NCBI GenBank assembly: GCA_040357565.1
Contig: JBDODJ010000041.1
Reading direction: 5' to 3' (one strand)
Length of the DNA: 64,000 nucleotides
Source: Cercozoa sp. M6MM
Taxonomy: Eukaryota > Protista > Endomyxa: Ascetosporea
Part shown: positions 39,600 through 50,811 of the stretch, piece after piece
Numbering within the stretch: the stretch's first letter is position 1
Layout: each line of letters starts with the position of its first letter
Position numbers and translations under genes: made by a program
Notes under the pieces: generated by a model
The model's input: the letters and a program-made list of their open reading frames with translations, nothing else
Database searches by the model: none
Told to the model about the DNA's origin: nothing

Positions 39600-40600
39600 C
39601 TGGTGGAACAAAACACTCCAAGACCCAGGCAACAACCTTTAAAATGGAATGGAAGGTACGGGACTGCTTGCCCGTAGTGCACGATATTCCCGGAACCTCG
39701 ATATTGGTATCCTTGCATCGCTCGCATGAATTTTAGCCGTGCGAGGCACCCTTTCCATAATTTAGCTCGAATGAGAATGCAAACGAAAGTTGCGCAAACT
39801 CCGACACTTCCGCCGTTCCCTGGGCATCCCAATCAAGCCCAAATTGAGGATTGCTGGAAGCATTTATGGGCGAGATGCCACTCGATTTTTGCCCCTGTCT
39901 ACAGTGTTCAACAACTCTTCCTCCACTGCCAAAAACGGGAAAGTACACATTTCAATTCCTTTGGTACCTGCTCCTGCGTTGAACTGTAGTGTCACCAAAG
40001 CTGTGCCCAAACATTGCAGCCTGCCTTGCCTTTCAGCGCGTTAAAGGAAATGTGTTCCACAACTCAATTTCGTCGCTGAGGCGTTTGCCCTGTCTGAGAA
40101 GGTATCAATTAAAATATCTCTGCCAGCGGGATCCCCAGCCCAAACCGTCCAGACAATAAATTTCGAACAGTTTGCGGGTTTAATCTTAATGGGCACGACT
40201 TTGCATGCGAAAGCATGCAACTTAACGATCTACCGGAAGTTCTCTTTCCCAGTGACCAATCAATCCACACTTCCAGCAGGGTAGCAAGTGAGTTCTGTCG
40301 AACTACCCCGGGCATGTCGGCACTCCTTCAACCTTCTGTTGCTTCAGTTTCTCTGCTTGTTCCTGGAACCGTTGTTGAGCCACTTGCGTAGACTTCTCCT
40401 TCGGGGCATTCAGCTGCTCGGTGCGTCATCAGTTTATCACACAGGTATTTATATTCGACGACTTCGTGCAATTTGCCAATGCATTTTCAAATAGTCAGTT
40501 TGCTCAGTGGCATATCGCGGCGTCTTGATTGCTTTGTGACTTGTTTTTGGGTTTTTGGTTGTGGTTTTTGAAGTTGCTACTTCCCTGATTGACTCGTGCT
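39600..40600 (-). mobile_element. Decayed LTR-retrotransposon gag-protease relic
   Basis: Zinc knuckle CWKCGLIGHWERE (~40241-40280) followed, through frameshifts and stops, by retropepsin-like segments (WAGDPAGRDILIDT, GRLQCLGTALVTLQF, FPFLAV, GLDW); no intron pattern. Confidence 0.6.
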
Positions 40601-41081
40601 CGTGCGTGTAGACTGTCAACTTTACGGTGTACATTGTGACACAGAACTCGCATGTTCGCAAGTTGTTGGTGCTGGATGACGACCTCCGCGTTGTCACTTC
40701 ACTTCGACATGCGCTTGCTGGCTCATCGTGCACCTGTCGTGTCGTGTAGACTACTCTGTGAGTGTAAACGACAGCAAGCACTCAAGTTATGGCGAGCTTG
40801 CGAGGTTGGCAGCGTTAGCATCACGCACAGGCCATCCTCATGGAGTCGGTCAAGTTCAACGACTTCTGACACGACCCGACAACGAATGCCGCACACACGC
40901 ACGACAGCACACCTCTCGAACACTTTGAACTAACTTTAGAAGAGCCGTCAGTGCAAAGGCTTTACTGTTACTTTAGTTTTGAATCTATAATTGGTGCACA
41001 AGGATGTGCTGCCTGGGATCAGTATCCGTAGACGGGTGGCCAAAACCTCAATGAATATGCTAACGGTACGTTTCGTCGCTG

Positions 41082-43850
41082 TTAGCTCACGTTTCGCAGC
41101 TGTTCGTCGTAGCACGCGCAGTGTTTCTTGCTGACGCCGATGTCGCCGCAGTTGCGTGCAGAGACTCGAGCACCCTACAAAGCCAAAATAAAACGTTGCC
41201 GGGAGCCTGGGTTATGTTCGATTTTGTGTGTTTTCAATCTGCACCAAAAGCGATGTGGCGCCGTGTCTTCGTATCCTCGCGTCTAGCAATGCCTCGTCAA
41301 ACGTGCCCTGTGAATTGGAATAACTTGAAATATGATACTTAGATATGTCTAGAGTACCTGGAGGCGTTCGTAGTTGCGAGCTTCGACGGCAGGATCGGCG
41401 CTGATGTGCGCCAGGTGCGACAGTGTGGCGTACACATCCTGTTTTGCGCAAATGTGTCAGGACAAAAAGAACACACCGACACAAACACACACACAAGTGT
41501 ACCCAAGCAGTCACAAGTTTATCCTCATTGTGAACAAGGTTCTTGTGTCGCTCGTCACTCAGTAGTCTACAAACAACACTACGGTAATGTACATGTGCAA
41601 AGACACAAAGGGTACCCCTTTGGCAGCAGCATGTGTAACAGGGCATAGCGATTCTCGGCAATGACATCAGTCGTCTCCATGGCATACCTACACAGAGAGG
41701 TCAGTCAAGTCGAACTTGACAAACAGAAGGCAACAGTAAAGAAGAAATACCACAGGCCCATGTGCAAACCGTGATCGCTGACGAGTACAACGGCCGTGTT
41801 GGACAAATCTCCGCGCTGCTGTAGCCACTCGAGCACACCCTCGACGGCACTGTCATCCACCTGCGAGATCACTTCGCCGGTGCCCTCATGAGCTTCGATG
41901 AGTCCGAGCCACGCGAACTTTGGCTCGTCATCGTAGGTTCGCCAGAACTCGCGGAACATTGAAAAAGCCAAATCGTGAGTCTTCTCGCCTACAAAACCAC
42001 TCGCACAACCAGTCAAACTTAATGCAAATAAAGCTAAAAGTACTGTACCGTGCATGCACCTGGCACGAACAGAGAACGGTCCTTTCCAGTTGCCCTGAGC
42101 ACAACAGACCAAATTCTCTTTTGTGTGCAACTGGAATGACTAAAAAAAGAGTACAAATGGATTCTCGAGCGAGTGGTAGTGCTCGTTGCAGAACGGCGAG
42201 GCCACCTCGTGATCGTAGCGATAGTTGGATTTCATGTAGGTCGAGGCAGTCGACTCGCAGAAATCTGTGCACAGTTCTGAAGATGCGAAAGAAGGCAAAA
42301 GGCAGGTCTCAAGAGGACAATGCACACCTTGGAAGAAGCCAGTGACGTAGCCATTCTGCTTGAAGCGATCGCTCAACGGCTGCGGATCTTTCGGCGGCGC
42401 CTGGCCGCGGTCCTCATCACCAAAAAGCATCGGTACGACATTGAGACTCGTCCAGCGTCCCAACGAGTGATACTTCTGTCCAGATGGACACCTAGGAAAA
42501 GAACTGACGAGACGTAAATTACTTACAAGGAACTGAAAGGCTTCCGAGTCACTGTCGGCATCACCGAATCTTGATCTGTCCTACTCGAACAGTGTGTTTC
42601 ATTTCGTTGCACTCATAGACACAAGTATACAAGTACAAGGGACCTCGAAGAACTTGAAGGAACGCGGCATCTTGCGAATGAAGTGTCCTACTCACTCAGG
42701 TAATAAGAGAGGTAACGGAGGGGAACAGGGGGAGGGCAAAAGGTACGTCGCGAGATGGCGTCGACGTAGAGCACAAGCACATTCAGTTTTTGCTCAGTAG
42801 ATTCACGCCTCGGTCTGCAGCAGTGAGTGCAGGGCTGTCTGTCAGTACATGTGCTTATGAGTGCTGCTTTACCTCGAGTGGTAATGATGCTCCAGGTCGT
42901 CACCTTCTGTGTCCATCTTGTGAAACACCTCCTGGTCCGACATCTCGTTGTTCTAAACGTAAGAGCAACAAGCACTGAACATTCACTAAAGCCAGTTTTT
43001 CCGAATACCACTACAAGCCTGGGAAAGCGAGTCAGCACGCCACTCTGTCGCTGACTCGGACACCTGCATCATGTCATATGATCATACACGTCGCTACTAG
43101 GAAGGACACGTACTCTAGTTGCACGTGCTGCGTGATTGCACTCGCGATAGGAACGCACATGTCAACTGCCTTGTTCGTGTCCTTGTCGGTGTTCTTGCCG
43201 AGCACGACACGGAAGCGCCGCGTATTCGCGATGATCTTTCTCATGAAGGTCATTCTTCACAAAGCAGGTTGTTCAAACTTAACTAACCCAGCACACGGAA
43301 AGAAAGAGGCTACGATTTGTCCAGTCGTTTGATCTTGGAAGGCCACCGTTCGACACGCGGCTCCAAACGCAGTTCCAAGTCGGCGCACGCGAGCGCACTT
43401 TCGCTCAGTCGCACAAAGCGTCGCTCTTCGTCGTGCCACTCTCTGTTAGACAGAGTGCACTCAGTTTAGAATGTACGCAAACAAATACGCAAAAAAAAAA
43501 CAAGGTACCCCAGTTTCTCTTGTCGACGGCATGCCTGACTGCCCGTCCTGAGAGTATGACCAACATTGTCAGAGGTGACCAATGCTGACACTGTTGGCAG
43601 GTACCACACGTTGAGCCACCCGTCAAATGAGTCGATTGGGTGAGTCGACGGCACCTTCACATGACACTGCTCGTCACTCTGCAGCCGCGTGTCTGCATAT
43701 CCCTGAAAGGAAACACAAGGAACACAAGGAGTAATAGACAGCTAACCTGGACAACAACAAGAGCACACACCTTGCTCCAGTCTCTGGCGCCATCGTTGAC
43801 ACGGAAGGTGATGAGGTGCAGCACACCGGCGAGGCAGACTACAGGTATAT

Positions 43851-43887
<37 letters not shown>

Positions 43888-44639
43888 CATAATATGGGTA
43901 TGTAAGTTGGACGAGCCCTACCTGTCATGGCAAAGCGAAACAGCGTCGGAGACAGTAAGGCTCGGATCCACTGGAAGACTGTCAAACACGCTCAAAGTGA
44001 GGACATTCAGGGAGAGAAGTAGTTACCCAATGTTCCCATAACAACTGGCACAAACAACAGCAGAAAAGCGAGTGAATTGTAGCTGCCATGGTGGTCCAGT
44101 TGCGAGCCTTGGTCTGACCATCCAAACCTAAATTTAAAGCAAAGTTACTCGTTTAGAAGACGTACCAAAAGACAGTAGCACTGTCAAATTGAGCAACAAG
44201 ACGGCAAACACAAAAATGTCGCGACTCTCTCGGCTCTGAGGCGACTCAGTTCGACGACTCAGCGTTGATCCCGCCCGAACTGACGGCATCAACTCATCCT
44301 CTGGATCGTCGTGGTCACTCAAAGGAACCGCTTGATAACTGCCATTGCCGTGATCGCTGCCACTCTGAGCCGCACTGTCTGTGCCGGCGGAAAGGCCGCT
44401 CAGGCGCAGCGAAACGCGAAGCACCAAGCACGAAAAAACCAACGCTGACAACAGCGTCTGTACCGCGATCGGCACCAAATGGTCATGCAACCAGCCTAGG
44501 TCTCCACCTTTCAGCGACCGAAGGTACAGAACGTTGGCCAGAAGCTGCCCACTCCAAACCAACGAGGTAAACGTCGCATTTCACAATCATTGGCTTGTGG
44601 TACCCAGAAAGCCACAAAAAACGCGCGACGCCAGTCCAT
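41082..44639 (-). CDS. DUF229/sulfatase-like membrane protein
   Basis: N-terminal TM helices and DHHGSYN; VLVLYVDAISRRHF.RKMP, FKQNGYVT, GPFSVRARCMH, EAHEGTG, NTAVVLVSDHGLHMG, C-terminal RNC.DIG....C.C. Confidence 0.85.
43846..43890. repeat. (AT)n microsatellite, intronic
   Basis: Direct reading. Confidence 0.92.
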
Positions 44640-44809
44640 TGTACTACTCACAACATTCGCACACGTGAGCTATTCATGGATCGGTTGGAAATTCGACTGT
44701 TCAGCAGTGAGATACTGGAGCGCCGGGCCCAGTAGAAATTTCTTTTATATTTTGATCATTGCACAGAACGACTCTGCATTGACAGTTTTGTGCCTGCTGA
44801 TGCACTATT

Positions 44810-47800
44810 ATGGGCGCTAAGCAGTCCAAGCGGCGTGAACCGCCTGAGGAGGTGAGTCTGTATTTTGGGGCCAGATGTGGCTTGGGCGATTTGATTATTG
44901 GGACACAGGATGACGATCCGCAGCGGCCGGCCAAGGACCTCGAATCCTTCCTTTTGGACGACTCTAGGGTACTGCATCAGTTAGAGGGTAACCTTGAGGG
45001 AGCATGACACTTCATACACAAGCAGACCGTGGCAGCACGTGAAGCCATGGCAGGTGCGCTGATCGGACTCGCCGTGGGTGACATGTGCGGCCTGCCTGCT
45101 GAGGGTTGGCTTGCTATTGCGCCCTCTCTTGAGTTTTTAAACCTTCCGTACACTGGTCTTCGCAGGAATGACATCAGGAGCAGCCATGCTGTATGCGCGC
45201 GCACTGCGCAAGCTCACGAGCGATCTGACGGCCTCATTGTCGTAGGGTTGTCTGTACACCAAAATACCGCAGCTATCCTGTGTTTGTGTGTGTGTGTGTG
45301 TGTGTGTATGTGTGTGTGTGTAAATTTAGTGGTGACAATGCCCACGGCAACTCGGCTTTGCTGCCTGACGATTTACATTTCCATCGAGGCTATCAGCAGG
45401 GTAGTTTGTACAGAGGGATACGTTTTTGTATAGACACCCCCTCTGCGTACAGGCAGTGGCGATGTTCCAATTGGAATGGCATTCACTTGCGGCCGCACCA
45501 TGTTGGCCTCGTCTGTGGAATACCCTTTGAGTACACTCGTGTTACAGTTTGTGCTGACGTGTTTGTCCAGTGAGTACCGTCCCTATGTACTGCAGCTCCG
45601 CAGGAGGAAAGTATCGTCCGTGCGTTCACCTTGGGCTACCCGACGAGATACGGTGAACGCGGCGAGCGCACTGTCGCCTTTGGTCAGTACTCGGTAGGTC
45701 TACTTCCAACCTCTGCTCTGGTATCCTTCTAACCCAACTCTTCAGGGCGACACACAGTGCACACGCGAGCTGCTCATCGCACTTATTCTGACCGACCGCC
45801 GCGTGCGCAAGCGTCTCGCGCGCAAGCGGCGTCGCCGACAGCGTCATGTGAAGCATGTATGTTTTTTCTCCTCCGCCTCGCCTTAGCTGATTGATACTAG
45901 TGGTGCAATTGTACCTTGTAAACAGGACCGTACAAAGAAGGAACTCTCATTGAACAGCGACGATAGTCTTGATTTGACCGAGTTGCTTGGACGGGTACGC
46001 TTCCTTCTCTCGAGTAATGGCTGTGTGTTGCTAGTGTGTGTGGGTGTGTGACTGTAGCCTCCACCTCAGCAGACTCGAACCGCCGACTCACCGCAGGCCA
46101 TGTACGTCTTGTACGCTATGCCTAGACAGCGAAATAAAATGCCCAAACATACGCGCAGTACGCCAGTGCCGGAGGACGATGACGAGATCAACCTGTCGAC
46201 ACGAGGTCTGGTCATTGCCAAGGTACTGTTCTGTCAACTGTATAGTTCTGTACAAATGGACCGTATACTTTGGTAAATGGACTGGTTGTGTGTCCGTTTG
46301 CAGGAAGGCTATTATTTCGAACCGGCAAAGTTCTTCGCGCGCCTGCGCTGGCTGCACCGACGCGAGCGCTTCGTGATAAAGTGCGATCCCCCTTCCCCCC
46401 TCTCCCGTATCATTCTCTTCTGAGCAGAGATGAAGGCGCGCTGCGACTGCTGCGAGTGTTGGCGCGCAAGTCTCGCAAAGGTATTCAAGCAGTACAATGG
46501 GTGGGTGCAGTGGTCACTTGTCACTTGATGCGTGTGAATATACGCAGCGGACAAGCGACTGCGCGTATCGCGTGCGCTGCTGCTGGACAACTCTCCAGCC
46601 GTGCGTGCCATCGCAGTTGCCTTGTTCTGTCACGGCTCTGTGCGCACGGTACCTCCTGTCCCCTACTGCCTTACTGCCTACCCCTATTGTCTAACCGCTT
46701 GTCCTACTGCTTTAATACTTGTGGATAAACAGGTCCGGTCACTGGCGCGACACCAGGCACTCGTAACGCATCGGAACGAACTGGCGCGTGCTGGGGCCAT
46801 TGTGGTGGCGCTCGTAGTTTCCTTGGTACTGTTGTAGCCCTTTTGCTGTTTGGGTCTCCTTTATCCTTCCCCTGTGTGTGCAGTTGATGGCATCGCAGTG
46901 CGGTCTGTCGCAACTCGCGCAGAAACGCGGCTTTGTGCTGCTGTTGTTGCGCTCGCTGGACAACCACTCACGCACCGTAGTCTTGTCCTACCCTCTATCG
47001 AACCAACTGTTTATACCGATTGATTCGACAGTACTTTGGCTCCTTCCTGGAAGAGGTGCAGCGCTGTCTGGCGCTGCCGATTCCCGCTGCATTGCGCAAG
47101 CTCGCCAATCTCAAAACCACCACCGATGATGACAATAATGTACTCCTTTTTGTGCCCTCTTTGTATACATGAATCCATGGACATCTGCAGAAGACAGACG
47201 TGGAGCCACTTGAGTCGGAGCGGCGCCCGACCGGCGCGATTCGATTGCCGTCTCACATTGTTCCGTACGCCGGCGTCGTTATCCTCCGTGCTTCTTTTTA
47301 TTCCTGGCCTGGTGTGCAGGTCGGTGTGCTGGGCACTGTACAGTTTTCTGCGTTTTCCAAACGATTTTCTGGCGGCCGCGTCGCTTGCGCTGTCGGGTGG
47401 AGGCGACACTACCACGTGAGTAGCCACCTCTGTCCCTCTGCTGTCTCTGTGTCAAGGTGTACTAAAACTGGACTGATGTAGAGCGTGCGCACTTACGTGT
47501 GCATTCAGTGGAGCTCATCTAGGTCTGCGTGCCGTGCCACCAGGTGCTTTCTTTTACTGGGCTATGGGTATGGTTATGGGAGTAACAGATGTGAAATTAC
47601 GTGGCTAGCCTTGGTGCGGCAACTGAACGATGGCGGTGAATGGCGTGCGCCGCAATTGCTCGCGCTACTTCGCTTGGTAGACACAGACGATGCGCTCCCT
47701 AATCTCAATACTGTGTACGATATCCTACAGGTACCGTCGTGGGCATCGGAAAGTTTCTCGGCGAAACTGCGCGAACAGCTCGCGCAGGTGCAATTGGTAC

Positions 47801-48111
47801 CATCGTGCTTTCTGCATTCCCTGCTCTACTCCAGGGTTACTTCAGGGTTACTTTGTACCTCTCTCGCTAGGCACTGCGTAAGGAGTCGCTTCTTGTCGAC
47901 GTGGGTGACGAAGCTGGCAGTACGACGCGCTTTGGCGTGATTGGAAGTGACCCGGTCTACGACGAGAACGGCAACACTATCGCACTTCCTGTAGTTTCTG
48001 CTGCTCTCCCCTGTTGCTCGTTGTCAATATACTCTCTCTTTCCCTTGATTGGCGCAGAGAGACGTGTCGACAGTGCCGCGTATTCTAATCAGCAGTACAC
48101 GCGAACGGTGA
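44810..48111 (+). CDS. ADP-ribosylglycohydrolase-fold protein with N-myristoylation motif; metal ligands degenerate
   Basis: MGAKQS; GALIGLAVGDMCG; GQYS|GDTQ; DNSPAVR; QALVTH; GGDTTTACALTCAFSGAHLG...VP. Confidence 0.85.
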
Positions 48112-48564
48112 CACCAACCGAAACACACAATCACAAATGCATCAACAGTCACATCACAGTCACAGTCACAGTCACGCATACAGTACCATAGACATCCGAA
48201 GCAGAGGCGAAAGTGCCCTCTATTATATAACATGGACAGTCACACTTAGCACCAACACAAGCACGCAACGGTGGGTTAAACCAAAATGTACCATAGTTTC
48301 GGCCCAGGCGTCGCCGTGTCGGTCGCGAGAAGTCCCTTACCTACGATACGATACATGAAGTTATTTAAGGACTAAAAAGTAGTATATCAGTTGTGTTAAG
48401 TGAACTAACTAAACTGGTAATGAATGTGCATCCGCGCCGATCGATCTTATGATACGGGAGAACTGAAGTCGAGTTTGCCGGATGCCGGATGCGATGCCGG
48501 AGCAATGTCAATCCGAAGCCTGAGCGCAGGACCCAAGGAAGGGACAAAGGACACACACGTGGAC

Positions 48565-49692
48565 TTAGGCCTCAGTGGTAGGCTCCGGAGCCACGGCAGT
48601 GTCGGCCGGAGCGTCGTCCGAGCGAGTGGGCTCACTGCGCAGCAAGCAGGGTGTGGTGTGGTCTGTCATACAGACCGCAGAGGGAACAGGAGACTTACGA
48701 CGGCGGCGGCGAGCGGTCGCGCGGCGGCGACTGGCGGGGCGGCGTGGCGCTGCGCGAGCGGCGGTGCGAGCGCGAACGGTCACGCGAGCGGTCACGGCCA
48801 CGCGAGCGGTCGCGCGAACGGTCACGGCCGCCTCCGTAGCCGCCACCATAGCTGCTGCCCTGCGGACAGTTGCGCTTCTCGTGGCCCGACTCGCCACACT
48901 GGTAGCACTTGCCGCGCACTGTGTTGTATTATAAAGAAGATATAGAAGGGCTATCCGGGCGGACAGGGAAGAAAACGTACTGTCGCCAGCCTCGCAGCGA
49001 GCAGCAATGTGACCCGGCTTGCCGCAGTTGTAGCACACGTCCTGCACACACACACACACACACCATATCTCGTGTATACACACAGACAGAGTGAGCAAGC
49101 GGTACGCGGTCAGAGTGGCGGATGCGAGAGCCCGAACGCGAGCGCGAGCTACCACAAGAAACACCCACGTCGATATGTGAGAAACAATCAAGGTGAGAAA
49201 AGCCTACTAGCGGCGTCCGCGCGGACGAGCGTACTCGACGGCAATGCGGCGGTCGTCGAGGTAGGTGCCGTCAAGCTCGCGCACGGCGTGACGCGCGTCG
49301 CTGCGGTGCTTGAACTCGACGTGCGCAAAGCCGCGGCTCATCTAAACAAAAACACACACACAGCACAAATGCACTCTATTTCAAATACACGTTTTGACGA
49401 GTGAGTACCATGCAGTCGACAACGCGACCGGCTTCCTTCTCAAGGTAGCGCACCCTGCGGGCCAGCAAACAAACGCATGCATCAACGAGGTTTTCCAGAA
49501 GTCAAGAAGGGCAGCATGGCACGATCACTCGCGCCAGCAACATCTCGCCCCGGCCAAGATCATTTGGATTTCCCACACGAGCCCGCAAAACGTTCCCCAC
49601 ACGCTCGAAAGAAGCCACAGGCACACTTACAGATCGCGCTCCCGAGTATCGTAGCTCAAATTGCCGATGAAACAGCGGTACTCCTCAGGCAT
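48565..49692 (-). CDS. SR splicing factor: RRM + two CCHC zinc knuckles + RS/SP tail (RS2Z-like)
   Basis: CFIGNLSYDTRERDL, RGFAHVEF...DA..AVRELDG, CYNCGKPGHIAARC, CYQCGESGHEKRNC, RS repeats. Confidence 0.92.
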
Positions 49693-49782
49693 CTTGGTGA
49701 TTCGTGCAAAAACCTCTTCACTACGGGTCGACTTTGAGCACTATGACACGTGCAAAAACCACTCCGCGGCCCTGGTACGCTG

Positions 49783-50355
49783 TTAGGCGCCGTAGGGCTC
49801 GACTCGAGTTTTTATTTTTTGTACTTGTTCCCGGCGTTCCGGGAAAATACAACAAACACTTTTTGTCAGGTTCAGCAAGAAGCCAAACTCGACGGTCGAG
49901 CTGCTGTCAGCAGGAAAGTCGAGGACATGCGTCTCTCCCGAGATCAACGCGGCGCCTTGGCATGAGCTTAGCGGCACCTGCGAAGAGTCAAGTCGAACTT
50001 GATCACCACGAAAACCAGATCGAGAAACACAGATAAAACAAACCGGAACACTCGGCGGCTGCGGCGAGCCTGTACACTCGGCAAAGTCGGCACGCAGTTG
50101 GAACGCGATGGGCGATTTGGAGTCGAGACTAAAGTACAGCTGCACGAAAGTAGGTATGTATTTCGATCGGGTATCGATATCTATTGTGAGGTTTACGTAG
50201 GCCCGGTAAAACTCTGTGCTAAACCTATCCTCAGGCGGCAAAATCCGCGACTCCAGCAGCGTTAAGGCAGCATTCAAGGGCGCAGCCGCAACTTGTCCGA
50301 AAAAAGCAACAACAAAATGCAAGACGATCAATAAAACACAGGCCGCGTTGATGCT
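49783..50355 (-). CDS. Small putative secreted protein
   Basis: MSINAACVLLIVLHFVVAFFGQVAAA signal-peptide-like start within ORF 49783-50469; one probable in-frame intron. Confidence 0.5.
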   Translation of the reverse strand, partial: SINAACVLLIVLHFVVAFFGQVAAAPLNAALTLLESRILPPEDRFSTEFYRAYVNLTIDIDTRSKYIPTFVQLYFSLDSKSPIAFQLRADFAECTGSPQPPSVPVCFICVSRSGFRGDQVRLDSSQVPLSSCQGAALISGETHVLDFPADSSSTVEFGFLLNLTKSVCCIFPERREQVQKIKTRVEPYGA

Positions 50356-50811
50356 CATTGGCAGCGCCACCGAGAGGGCTTCCGCGCACTCTAACACGCG
50401 CAGTTCTCGCGGCCGTGGCAATGGGCCGGTGCGGCACAGTGATCGCAGTGGCCAAGAAAGCAAGAGCACGATTTACGTTTCAACTTTTCCGATCAGTTGG
50501 CCACTTATTGGCAGTTGTTCGTGTAAGTTGAGTCCTCAGAGGAAGCATGTGCTGTAGTCCCTCGGCATCATCGCGAACAACCGAACTGCCAGCAATAGAT
50601 GATGCCCATCACTGATGCCTCGATGATGCGGTTCTCGTGTCCGAGAGAGGGCACTCGAACCCAAGCACCACGCCCGGCCACCTCAGGCCAGTACAAATAA
50701 CAAAACGCTCGCTTTCGTTTAGTTGTTTAAATCACTCAAGTGGCGTTCCTTTCGGTTCGAGTTGTATTCGATTGCGAGGGACCAACCGAACAGGAAACTC
50801 AAACTGTCCGG

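Noticed and set aside
49455-49630. Intronic box C/D snoRNA
   Set aside because: No proper RUGAUGA/CUGA pair or terminal stem.
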